From an uncultured Actinomycetes bacterium (lineage in GTDB: Bacteria; Actinomycetota; Thermoleophilia; RBG-16-64-13), in assembly GCA_963841735.1 (NCBI GenBank), contig CAWJDT010000001.1:96001-160000 (forward strand): DNA of 64,000 nucleotides, read 5' to 3'. The first letter of the stretch is position 1, and each line of letters opens with the position of its first letter. The notes under the pieces were generated by a model that was not told the DNA's origin, did no database searches, and saw nothing but the letters and a program-made list of their open reading frames with translations. The translations under genes were made by a program, and so were the position numbers. This document shows positions 32,663 to 41,390 of this stretch, piece by piece.

Positions 32663-33088
32663 TTACTCGACTATGGTCACTCCCATGCTACGCGCCGTGC
32701 CGGCCAGGATGCTCATGGCCGCGTCGATGTCGTTAGCGTTGAGGTCGGGCATCTTCACTTCGGCGATCTGCCGAAGCTGGTCCTTCGTGATCTTGCCCAC
32801 CTTCTCCTTGCGCGGGCTGCCGCTACCCTTGGCGATGCCGGCCGCATTGCGGATGAGCACCGCGGCGGGTGCCGTCTTGAGGACGAACGTGAAGGAGCGG
32901 TCTTCGAAGACCGTCAGCTCCACAGGCACCACCTGATCGATGCGGTCCTGGGTGGCCGCGTTGTAGGCCTTACAGAACTCCATGATGTTCACACCGTGCT
33001 GACCCAGCGCTGGGCCCACCGGCGGCGCGGGGGTCGCTTTGCCCCCCACGATCTGCAACTTGACTATAGCCCGTACCTTCTTAGCCAC
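32663..33088 (-). CDS. rplK: 50S ribosomal protein L11
   Basis: [22 protein letters not shown]. Confidence 0.98.
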   Translation of the reverse strand: MAKKVRAIVKLQIVGGKATPAPPVGPALGQHGVNIMEFCKAYNAATQDRIDQVVPVELTVFEDRSFTFVLKTAPAAVLIRNAAGIAKGSGSPRKEKVGKITKDQLRQIAEVKMPDLNANDIDAAMSILAGTARSMGVTIVE

Positions 33089-33141
33089 CTTGAATCTCCG
33101 TCTCTATCTGTAGCCGTCTGCGCTCAGGGAGTCCGACCGAC

Positions 33142-33705
33142 CTAGATCTTTTTGACCTGCTCGAAGCCCAACTCGGTGGGTGTATCCCGCCCGAAGATGG
33201 ACACCATTACCTTGAGCTTGCTCTGCTCTATGTTGACCTCGGCCACTTCACCGGTGAAATCGGTGAGCGGCCCGCTGATCACCCGCACCTGGTCGCCCAC
33301 AACGAACTCGGCCTTAGCCTTGGGCTTCTCGACTGTGGAGGTGTGCAGGATGCGATCGACCTCCGCGGGCATGAGCGGGGTGGGCTTGTTCTCCGACCCG
33401 ACGAAACCCGTGACACCAGGGGTGTTCTTGACCAGCGACCAAGAGTCGTCGGTGAGGATCATCTTCACCAATAGGTAGCCGGGGAAGATACGCTTCTCGA
33501 TCTGTATCTTCTCGCCGCCCTTGGTCTCTACCACCTGCTCGGTGGGAACCACTATCTCTTCGAAGTACTGCGCTTGGTTCATCGACTGGATGCGGTGCTC
33601 CAGATTGGTGCGGGCCTTGTTCTCGTGCCCCGAGTACGTGTTTATGACGTACCATTTTGAGTCCATCGAAGTGACCGCCTCAGGTGTGGTTGTGTGCTCA
33701 GCCAT
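33142..33705 (-). CDS. nusG: Transcription elongation factor NusG
   Basis: WYVINTYSGHE, FPGYLLV, TPGVTGFVG, IFGRDTP. Confidence 0.98.
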   Translation of the reverse strand: MAEHTTTPEAVTSMDSKWYVINTYSGHENKARTNLEHRIQSMNQAQYFEEIVVPTEQVVETKGGEKIQIEKRIFPGYLLVKMILTDDSWSLVKNTPGVTGFVGSENKPTPLMPAEVDRILHTSTVEKPKAKAEFVVGDQVRVISGPLTDFTGEVAEVNIEQSKLKVMVSIFGRDTPTELGFEQVKKI

Positions 33706-33708
33706 CGC

Positions 33709-34083
33709 TCAGCCCAGCCCCACGGCGCTGACTATGAGATTCCAGATGAAGTCGAACACTCCGATGAACACCCCGGCGATGGCGACCGCGACGATCACTA
33801 CCCCGGTGGACTTGACGAGCTCCTTGCGCGGCGGCCAAGTGACCTTGCCCATCTCGATGCGAACTTCGCGGAAGAACGTCCGCACCCGGCCACGAGGCTT
33901 AGTGCTAACGGATCCCCGGGGACCCGTGGACGAACTCGAACGCGACACCGAGGCTCGGGCGGAGGTACGACCGACCGCGCCCGCAATCCGCCCGACCGGT
34001 TTGGCCTGGGGCTTCTGGGCGTTTGTGGATTTCGGGACTTTCCCCGTTTGACCCGCCGCTCTATCGCTCTCTATCTTTGCCAT
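33709..34083 (-). CDS. secE: Preprotein translocase SecE
   Basis: EMGKVTWP followed by one TM helix; basic N-terminal extension. Confidence 0.93.
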   Translation of the reverse strand: MAKIESDRAAGQTGKVPKSTNAQKPQAKPVGRIAGAVGRTSARASVSRSSSSTGPRGSVSTKPRGRVRTFFREVRIEMGKVTWPPRKELVKSTGVVIVAVAIAGVFIGVFDFIWNLIVSAVGLG

Positions 34084-34110
34084 CGCCTCGACTCTGCCGT
34101 TGAAGAAAAC

Positions 34111-34186
34111 TGGCAGGGCAGGAGGGATTCGAACCCCCGGCCACCGGTTTTGGAGACCGGTGCTCTACCAGCTGAGCTACTGCCCT
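34111..34186 (-). tRNA. tRNA-Trp(CCA)
   Basis: AGGGCAG acceptor stem, anticodon loop CTCCAAA, TTCGAAT, encoded CCA. Confidence 0.97.
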
Positions 34187-34213
34187 ACGCTATACGCTCG
34201 TTCCGCTACGGGA

Positions 34214-34363
34214 TTACTTGGTCTCTTTGTGGACCGTGACCTCACTACACCACTTGCAGTACTTACGCAGTTCGATCCGTTCTGGATCGTTGCGCTTGTT
34301 CTTCATAGTGTTGTAGTTACGGCGCTTGCACTCTTGGCAAGCCATCGTCACCCGAACCCGCAT
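34214..34363 (-). CDS. rpmG: 50S ribosomal protein L33 (Zn type; not in ORF track)
   Basis: Manual translation [49 protein letters not shown]. Confidence 0.97.
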   Translation of the reverse strand: MRVRVTMACQECKRRNYNTMKNKRNDPERIELRKYCKWCSEVTVHKETK

Positions 34364-34416
34364 TACTTCACCGCTTCCTAGTCATTGAAACGCCCGTGAA
34401 TGCTACCACAAACGGA

Positions 34417-34492
34417 GGTAGCGGCGAGAGGACTCGAACCTCTGACACGCGGATTATGATTCCGCTGCTCTGACCAGCTGAGCTACGCCGCC
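34417..34492 (-). tRNA. tRNA-Met(CAT), elongator type
   Basis: GGCGGCGTAGCTCAG...ATCATAA...TTCGAGTCC...GCCGCTACC. Confidence 0.93.
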
Positions 34493-34500
34493 CCGTTCTG

Positions 34501-34663
34501 CAACCCGCTTCGGAGCGAAGTTTCGGCCGCCGAGTGCGCACTGGACGGCACGATGTGTCGTCCTCAGTCGCATCCGTAGCGCTACTACGCCTGCTCCCTG
34601 CGTCCTCGCCTCGTGCATGTCCACCGCGTCCCTGTCGGCGAAACCCCGCTCCGAAGCGGGTTG
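34501..34663. repeat. Palindromic MITE/RPE-like element in tRNA spacer
   Basis: Perfect 17-bp terminal inverted repeat CAACCCGCTTCGGAGCG, extendable to ~28 bp, with central GTAG..CTAC hairpin. Confidence 0.6.
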
Positions 34664-34665
34664 TA

Positions 34666-34740
<75 letters not shown>

Positions 34741-34791
34741 CCACTTAGCCAGCCTGCCGCTGACCACCTCGCCGGCCGCCTATAGGTCATA

Positions 34792-34876
<85 letters not shown>

Positions 34877-34908
34877 ACGCGCAAAACCAGCCGCTGAGGC
34901 GAACACGC

Positions 34909-34937
34909 ATGATACCCAAAGGCCAGGGTCGTTTCAA
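34909..34937 (-). promoter_or_regulatory. sigma70-type promoter of tRNA cluster
   Basis: TTGAAA-N17-TATCAT about 30 nt upstream of tRNA-Tyr. Confidence 0.65.
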
Positions 34938-34997
34938 GAATGGCGGGAACCGATGAGTCACGCTTCTGGGCACCCAGCAAATCGAGGGCTTGCGCGC

Positions 34998-35957
34998 CTA
35001 GCTCAGCGCGTTGCGGCGCTTCATAATCGCAACCGTCACCGCGGTAGTAGCCACTATCAGCCCTCCTAGAAACAGCCCCGCCCTAGCCTGACTGACCTGG
35101 CCGCTGCTCTCCATCCAAATGAAGTAGGAGAATAAGGGCCTTGGCCGGAATTGCATCCACTCGGCAATCCATACCGCCGGCGAGTATTTGGTGATCTGCT
35201 CCACTACCCCGGCGACGATGGCTGCAAAAAGCACCACCACAGCCGATGCTGAGAGAGCCGAGAGCGCGTTGCGCAAGAGAACCCCGGTGGACACTCCCAG
35301 CGTGGCCACGGCCATGATGACCAATGGCGCCCTGGCCAGAAGCGAGAGACTCCAGCCTACAGCCTCCGGAGCGGCATCCACCTGCAGAGGAAAAGCATGC
35401 ACTGAGATGAGGCCCCACAGCATCAACGCCACCCAGGAGGCGAACATCAGCCACAGCCCCGCGATCCAAGTAGAAACCACTTTGGCGACCACCAGTCTCG
35501 CCCTGCCGCTGTGCTGCACCAGGACCTCTTTGATGGAATTGCGGCTCCACTCTCCGGCCACGTGAAAAGCGGCAAAGATGAGTAGCGCGAACACACCCAA
35601 TGCCGAAGTCGAAACCGCCGCCGCCAACCCGGCCGCGCCCAAGGGTTGCTGGGTAGCGCGCGCCAGGTTCACGCTTGACTTGACCTCTTCCACCCACCTG
35701 GCGTTTTCGGCCTCCATCTGTGCCTGCATCTGAGCCAGAGCCTCGTCGTACTCCGGCCCTGCCGTCAGCCCCATATCTTCAGGAGTGGGGACGTAGTTCA
35801 TGGTCTCCAGATTGTTCAGTGCAGCCTCAAGCTGACCGCTTGCCCCTCCCTGCAACCCTATTCCATAGAAAACCGAGATGAGCATGACGACGATCGTGGT
35901 GGTGACGAACATGGGGCCGCGAAACTTCCTGAGTTCTGCCCGCACGCCCCGGATCAT
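34998..35957 (-). CDS. ABC-2 type exporter permease
   Basis: RAELRK N-terminus, AGEWSRNSIK motif, about 6 TM segments; ATGA overlap with the ATPase gene. Confidence 0.85.
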   Translation of the reverse strand: MIRGVRAELRKFRGPMFVTTTIVVMLISVFYGIGLQGGASGQLEAALNNLETMNYVPTPEDMGLTAGPEYDEALAQMQAQMEAENARWVEEVKSSVNLARATQQPLGAAGLAAAVSTSALGVFALLIFAAFHVAGEWSRNSIKEVLVQHSGRARLVVAKVVSTWIAGLWLMFASWVALMLWGLISVHAFPLQVDAAPEAVGWSLSLLARAPLVIMAVATLGVSTGVLLRNALSALSASAVVVLFAAIVAGVVEQITKYSPAVWIAEWMQFRPRPLFSYFIWMESSGQVSQARAGLFLGGLIVATTAVTVAIMKRRNALS

Positions 35958-36847
35958 TGCCGTGCCCCCGTCAACTCAAGAAAGCGCTGTTCCAGCGAGG
36001 TGTTCTCGCGCACCAACGTGTCTGGAGGTATGCCGGCTGCCAGAAGCGCGGTCGCTACTTCCCTGTTCTTGGCTCCTTCGATGTAGAAGACGCCCGAGCC
36101 GGGACTGGTGGCTTGGAGGTGAGACAGAGCTCTCGCCGCGGCTTGGTGATCTGCGGAGTCGACCACCAACCGTACGCGCTCGTTGGCGCCGCCCACCTGC
36201 AGAGGGCTCCCCACCTCGAGCAACCGGCCACTGCTGAGGATGCCCACCCGGTCGCACACCTTCTCTATCTCGCCCAACTGGTGGCTGGAGACAAGGACAG
36301 TGGTACCGGCCGCTGCCTCCTCCTTCATCAGGCGGCGCAGCCATTCGATGCCGGCGGGATCAAGACCGTTGGCGGGTTCATCGAGAACCAGCAGTTCGGG
36401 CTTGCCCATGAGTGCCTGCGCAAGGCCAAGCCTCTGCCTCATGCCTTGGGAGAACTTCTTTATTGGCTTCTTGCCAACATCTGCCAGCCCCACCCGCTCC
36501 AGAGTCTCGCGCCTGACCGACTTCGCGACGGGCACCTTGCGCGTATCGCTCATGGTGGCAAGGAACCTATCGGCAGTCATCCAGGGATAGAAGGCCGGCT
36601 CTTCGACCACCGCCCCCATGCGAGCCAGAGTGCCGGCTGAGATGGGGACCTCATCACCCAAGATGCGTGAACTGCCCCTGGTCGCGCTGGTCAAGCCCAG
36701 TAGGACTCGAAAGAGCGTGGTCTTGCCGGCGCCGTTGGGCCCAAGCAACCCGAAGATCTCGCCCTCGCGCACCTCGAGCGTGAAATCCTCGAGCGCCGCC
36801 AGAGCCCTATAGTGCTTAGTGAGCCCGGTGCAGTCTACCGTTGCCAA
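35954..36847 (-). CDS. ABC transporter ATP-binding protein (BcrA-like)
   Basis: GPNGAGKTT, FSQGMRQR, LDEPANGLD, SSH. Confidence 0.93.
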   Translation of the reverse strand: MATVDCTGLTKHYRALAALEDFTLEVREGEIFGLLGPNGAGKTTLFRVLLGLTSATRGSSRILGDEVPISAGTLARMGAVVEEPAFYPWMTADRFLATMSDTRKVPVAKSVRRETLERVGLADVGKKPIKKFSQGMRQRLGLAQALMGKPELLVLDEPANGLDPAGIEWLRRLMKEEAAAGTTVLVSSHQLGEIEKVCDRVGILSSGRLLEVGSPLQVGGANERVRLVVDSADHQAAARALSHLQATSPGSGVFYIEGAKNREVATALLAAGIPPDTLVRENTSLEQRFLELTGARQ

Positions 36848-36943
36848 GTCCCCCCCAATCTTCCGCTGTCACAGCTTCCGACTCAGCCTCTGACCGTCCC
36901 CAATCTCCCGGCCAGGCGCCCACGATAGCATCCGCCTGGGCGG

Positions 36944-38252
36944 CTACACAATCGTCCGCATCCGCGGCACCGTGATGCTGGCCTCCTTCAAGAACAACAC
37001 CCGCGCATCCTCGCCCATCTTGGCCAGCGCGGCGTCCACGGCCTCCTGCGCGCTCGCGAAGGGAGTCATGAACATGGCCTCCACGTCCTCGGCTCTGAGA
37101 GAACTGACCATCCAGATGTCCGCCCGCTCCAGGATGGAGGCGATGCGGGCCGGCTGCTGCACGCCCAGCTTGTACTCCTCCAGATTGGCGCGCTCGAGCG
37201 CCTGGGCCGGCGAATCGGCGGCCGCCAGCATGTCGAAAAGGGTCTGGTTCTCTCCCAGACCGAAGGGGCACTCCGAGACCACGATGAGCACGCCTCCGTC
37301 TTCGACGGCCAAGGCCCCGCTCTGGATGGCCTTGTTGGTCTGATAGAGATTGCAGTCCATGGGATGAGGCGCCACCGCCACCACCACCTCGTAGGGCCGC
37401 TCGATCTCCAGCACGAACTGCTTGTCGGCCTGCGCGATAGCGCGGGGGAAGGCGTCGTCCAAGGCGCCCGCCGCCGCGAAGCCCACCTTGTGGTCTTTGT
37501 CCAGCACCAGTTGGATGGTGTAGATCTGCTTGCCGGCGACGCCTACGGCCATGGCCTCTTCAAGATCCTCGTGCACCGGGTTGCCTGTCAAGCACGAGCG
37601 TCTCGGAACCGGCCTCCATCGAAAGCTTGTGATTGGCCCAGACGGTCTGGTAGCCGGCCAATCCGGGAAACAGCGACTTGCGGCCACCCGTGTAGCCGGC
37701 GAAGTAGTGCGGCTCCACCGAGTTGATCAGAAGCACGCTATGGGCTTCGGCCAGCAGCCGGTTCACCTGGATGTCGGTGCCGCGCGAGGTGTGGCCCAGG
37801 TGGACCAGTTGCCCCTTGTCTTTGGCGTCGTGGCAGAAGATGCGACCGGCATGGGCTTTGGCCAGGTCGACCCCGAACAGATGCTCGATCTCGGCCGGAA
37901 GCGCCGCCCGATGCGTCCCGGTGGCGATGACGAAGGACAACTGCCGGCCGAGGCCGTCGCACACGCCGCTCCGGTCGGGGCCGCGCAGCCATTCCTCCAA
38001 TTGCGGCCGCAGCACACGCAGGACCTCAGCCGATGGGGTGGGCCGAGTGGAGTCGTTGACCACCACAAGCAGGGGCGACGGCGCCCCGGCCAGGAACTCG
38101 ATGAACTCGGCCCCCGGTACAGCTATGGCCGCCCGCAACACCGCATCGGGGTCGGCGGCCCGCTCCACGTTGGCGCCCAGCACGCCGGCCACCCGCTGGG
38201 GGTCTAACTCGACCGGGGTGGTCCCGGTGCCCCAAGGCACGTCTATGCGCAT
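36944..38252 (-). CDS. larA: Nickel-pincer-dependent lactate racemase (LarA) family protein (indel near 37590)
   Basis: VVNDSTRPT, ATGTHR, CHD, EPHYFAGYTGGRKS, ANH, NLYQTNKA. Confidence 0.88.
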
Positions 38253-38473
38253 ACTTGCTCCTCACCGCCACGCAACCCGACGTCGCGGGACTCCATGGTT
38301 TCTCCAGTGTGCTCGTTTCCGGCCCGTCAAGCCTAGCGCAGGCCTTGGCTCGGCCGCAAGACGACTGACGACCGCGAAGGTGCCGAGCGCAGCGGCGCCG
38401 GACGGCAGGCCCGACCGGTTTCACTGTAGAATCGCTGAAGCAAGCAGTCCTATCGCACGTGGGAGTCACAGCC

Positions 38474-39190
38474 ATGGAGCACTTCAGCTACAGCATCGCC
38501 CCAGAGGTATTCGAACGCTTCCCCGGCTACGTGCGCGGCGTCGTGATCGCCCACGGAGTCAAGAACGGCCCCTCCCCCGCTGAGCTGGTGCAGATGATGC
38601 GAGAAGCAGAAGCGTCGGTGCGGGCGCGAGTCAATATCGAGCAGATAGCCGAGGAACCCCGCATCAAATCGTGGCGCGAAGCCTATCGGGCTTTCGGGGC
38701 CAAACCGGCCGAGTTCCGTTCGTCGGTGGAGGCCATGGCCCGCCGGGCGTTGCGCGGCGACGAACTGCCCGCCATCAACGCCCTTGTCGATATCGGCAAC
38801 GTCATGTCGCTGCGCCATCTGATCCCGGCCGGCGGTCACGCCATCGACCTGTTGAACGGCGACATCGAACTCCGCTTCGCCACCGGCGAAGAGGAGTTCG
38901 TGGCCTTCGGCACTGAGCAGATGGAGCACCCCCTGCCGGGCGAGGTCATCTTTGCCGAGGGCAACACCGTCCTCACCCGCCGTTGGACCTGGCGACAGGG
39001 CAATCACACCTTGACCCTGCCCGAGACCACGGCCATCGAGTTCAACGTGGACGGGTTGCCCCCCGTCACCAAGTCAGACATCGAAGCCGCATGCGTCGAG
39101 GTGGCCGAGCTGATCGGGCGCTTTTGCGGCGGTACCAGCCGCATCGACTACCTGACGGCAGAGACGCCCCGCATCTCGCTGGCGCCATAG
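38474..39190 (+). CDS. Stand-alone B3/4 (PheRS beta editing-like) domain protein
   Basis: WREAYRAFG, RSSVEAMARR, INALVDIGN, PGEVIF, RRWTWRQ. Confidence 0.88.
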   Translation: MEHFSYSIAPEVFERFPGYVRGVVIAHGVKNGPSPAELVQMMREAEASVRARVNIEQIAEEPRIKSWREAYRAFGAKPAEFRSSVEAMARRALRGDELPAINALVDIGNVMSLRHLIPAGGHAIDLLNGDIELRFATGEEEFVAFGTEQMEHPLPGEVIFAEGNTVLTRRWTWRQGNHTLTLPETTAIEFNVDGLPPVTKSDIEAACVEVAELIGRFCGGTSRIDYLTAETPRISLAP

Positions 39191-39193
39191 AAA

Positions 39194-39224
39194 GACCCCC
39201 GGGGCCTTGCGGCGCCCGGGGGTC
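39194..39224. terminator. Hairpin between convergent B3/4 and thiolase genes
   Basis: GACCCCCGGG...CCCGGGGGTC. Confidence 0.6.
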
Positions 39225-39291
39225 GTCAAATCGTTCTGAGAGGCGCCCGCCCGGCGGGCCGCGCGACTCTGTGGCTCGGTGGCTCCGCTGG

Positions 39292-40488
39292 CTAGACCGC
39301 CTCCACCACAGTGGCGATGCCCTGGCCGCCGGCGATGCAGAGCGTGGCCAAGCCGTAGCGAGTACCGCGCTTCTTCATCTCATGCAGCAAGGTCACGAAT
39401 ATCCTGGCTCCGGAGCAACCCAACGGATGCCCGAGAGCGATGGCTCCACCGTTGACGTTGATGTCGGCCAAGCGATGGCCGATGCCCAGGTCCTTGATAC
39501 ACGCCAACGCCTGAGCGGCGAAAGCTTCGTTGAGTTCGATGAGCCCCATGTCGTCGAAGGTGAGGCCGGCGTTGGCCAGCGCCTTGCGGCTGGCAGGGGC
39601 CGGCCCGATGCCCATGATCTCCGGAGAAACACCGGCGATGCCCATGCCCCTGATGACCGCCATGGGCTTGAGGCCTCTTCTGGTCGCCTCTTTGGCCGAC
39701 ATGACCAAAGTGCACGCGGCACCGTCGTTACGGCCCGAGGCGTTGCCGGCCGTCACCGTGCCGCCGTCTTTGAAGACGGGCGGTAGTCCAGCCAACCCTT
39801 CCAGCGTGCTCTTCCGCGGATGTTCATCGGTGTCGAAGACAACCGTGGCCTTGCGCTGCTTGATCTCCACCGGCACGATCTCGTCCTTGAAACGTCCGGA
39901 CTCTATGGCGGCGAAGGCTCTGTTCTGGCTCTCCAGCGAGAACGCGTCTTGCTCTTCCCGGCTGATGCCGTATTTGACCGCCAGGTTCTCGGCGGTGAGA
40001 CCCATGTTCAGGTTGGCGCCGTAGACCTCGATGGGCTGCGAGCGCGGCTGGCTCTCGGTATTGGAGTCGACCAACACGGCGTTGCCGGCCCCATATCCGT
40101 AGCGGGCACCACGCAGATAGTAGGGGGCCTTGCTCATGTTCTCCACCCCACCCGCGAGGATGATGTCGGCCTGACCGGCCATGATGGACATGGCGGCGTT
40201 GTGGATGGCCGTTAGACCCGAGCCACACTGCCGCATCACCGTGTAGGCCGGAATCTCGATGGGCATGCCCGCCTTGAGCATGGCCACCCGAGCCAGGTTG
40301 GCGGCGTCGGCGCTCTGCTTGGTCTGGCCGAGGATGACCTCGTCCACCGCCTCCGCCTCTACCCCCGCCTGCTTCAGGGCTTCCAGGATGACTATCTTGC
40401 CCAGATCCTCCGGCTCGACGTCCTTGAGTCCTCCGCCCAGCCTACCTACCGCCGTTCTCACGGCACTGACGATCACAACTTGTTCCAT
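39292..40488 (-). CDS. Acetyl-CoA C-acetyltransferase (thiolase)
   Basis: QCGSG, NEAFAAQ, GHPLGCSG, LCIAGGQG. Confidence 0.96.
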   Translation of the reverse strand: MEQVVIVSAVRTAVGRLGGGLKDVEPEDLGKIVILEALKQAGVEAEAVDEVILGQTKQSADAANLARVAMLKAGMPIEIPAYTVMRQCGSGLTAIHNAAMSIMAGQADIILAGGVENMSKAPYYLRGARYGYGAGNAVLVDSNTESQPRSQPIEVYGANLNMGLTAENLAVKYGISREEQDAFSLESQNRAFAAIESGRFKDEIVPVEIKQRKATVVFDTDEHPRKSTLEGLAGLPPVFKDGGTVTAGNASGRNDGAACTLVMSAKEATRRGLKPMAVIRGMGIAGVSPEIMGIGPAPASRKALANAGLTFDDMGLIELNEAFAAQALACIKDLGIGHRLADINVNGGAIALGHPLGCSGARIFVTLLHEMKKRGTRYGLATLCIAGGQGIATVVEAV

Positions 40489-40546
40489 GAGACCTTTTCC
40501 GTTGTTTGTTGCGCTGCTATGTCTTCTGCTTCAAGCTTCTGCAAGT

Positions 40547-41386
40547 TTACTTGAACGGCTCCAATACGATCTCTCCTAGGTCGACGTCCGTCTGCGTGTA
40601 GACCTCGATGACCATGGAGGCATAGCCGTCCAAGTCGATGCCCACCCGATAGTCGGTGTTCTTCTCCAGCCCTTCGAACTCGAAGTCGCCGTAGCTGTCG
40701 GAGCGGGACTCGATTGTCTGACCCCCACCTTCCAGTGTGATCTTCACACCCTCGGCGCACTCGCCGGGGAAGTCACGCCGAACCACTTCACCCACCACAA
40801 ACTTCTTGGGCAGACCGAAGTACTTGACCGTCGGAGAAGTGCCGTATTCGGGATGGTAGACCTCAGGGCTGAGAGCAGCCGCGGCTTTGGCGATCTCACT
40901 GTTGGCGTCGTCCAGGTCGCCGAAGATGAGTGCTCCGGTGGGGCAGGCCTCCACGCAACGGGGCAGCGCCTCGCCTTCGTCCAGCCGGTGGGCGCACATG
41001 GTGCACTTCTGCGGAATATCGAGCTCGGCGTTCCAGAACACCACTCGGTAAGGACAAGAGCTGACAATGGCCTTCTGTCCCTTGGCCTTGGTGGGGTCGA
41101 TGATGACGATGCCGTCCTCGCGCCGGTACACGGCCTCATCGGCGGCCACCTCGATGCAGGGCGCCTTCTCGCAGTGCATGCACGGCGTGGGGATGTAGTC
41201 GAGCTTGGGCTTGGGAAAACTGCCCCGCTCGACCTCTTTGATCTGCATCCAGAACTGCCCGTCAAGCGGCTGAGGGGCCGAGTACGGGCTGTAGTCGTTC
41301 TCGAAGTACTCGTCGCGGCAGGCTAGAAAACAGTTGTAGCAACCGCTGCACTTGGTCACATCAAAAAGCATGCTCAGGCGTGCCAT
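40547..41386 (-). CDS. Transhydroxylase beta-type FeS subunit (BthL-like, three 4Fe-4S clusters)
   Basis: CSGCYNCFLAC, CMHC..PC, IDPTKAKG..CPY, CTMC..CVEACP; C-terminal beta-sandwich (DSYGDFEF). Confidence 0.9.
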   Translation of the reverse strand: MARLSMLFDVTKCSGCYNCFLACRDEYFENDYSPYSAPQPLDGQFWMQIKEVERGSFPKPKLDYIPTPCMHCEKAPCIEVAADEAVYRREDGIVIIDPTKAKGQKAIVSSCPYRVVFWNAELDIPQKCTMCAHRLDEGEALPRCVEACPTGALIFGDLDDANSEIAKAAAALSPEVYHPEYGTSPTVKYFGLPKKFVVGEVVRRDFPGECAEGVKITLEGGGQTIESRSDSYGDFEFEGLEKNTDYRVGIDLDGYASMVIEVYTQTDVDLGEIVLEPFK

Positions 41387-41390
41387 CTGA

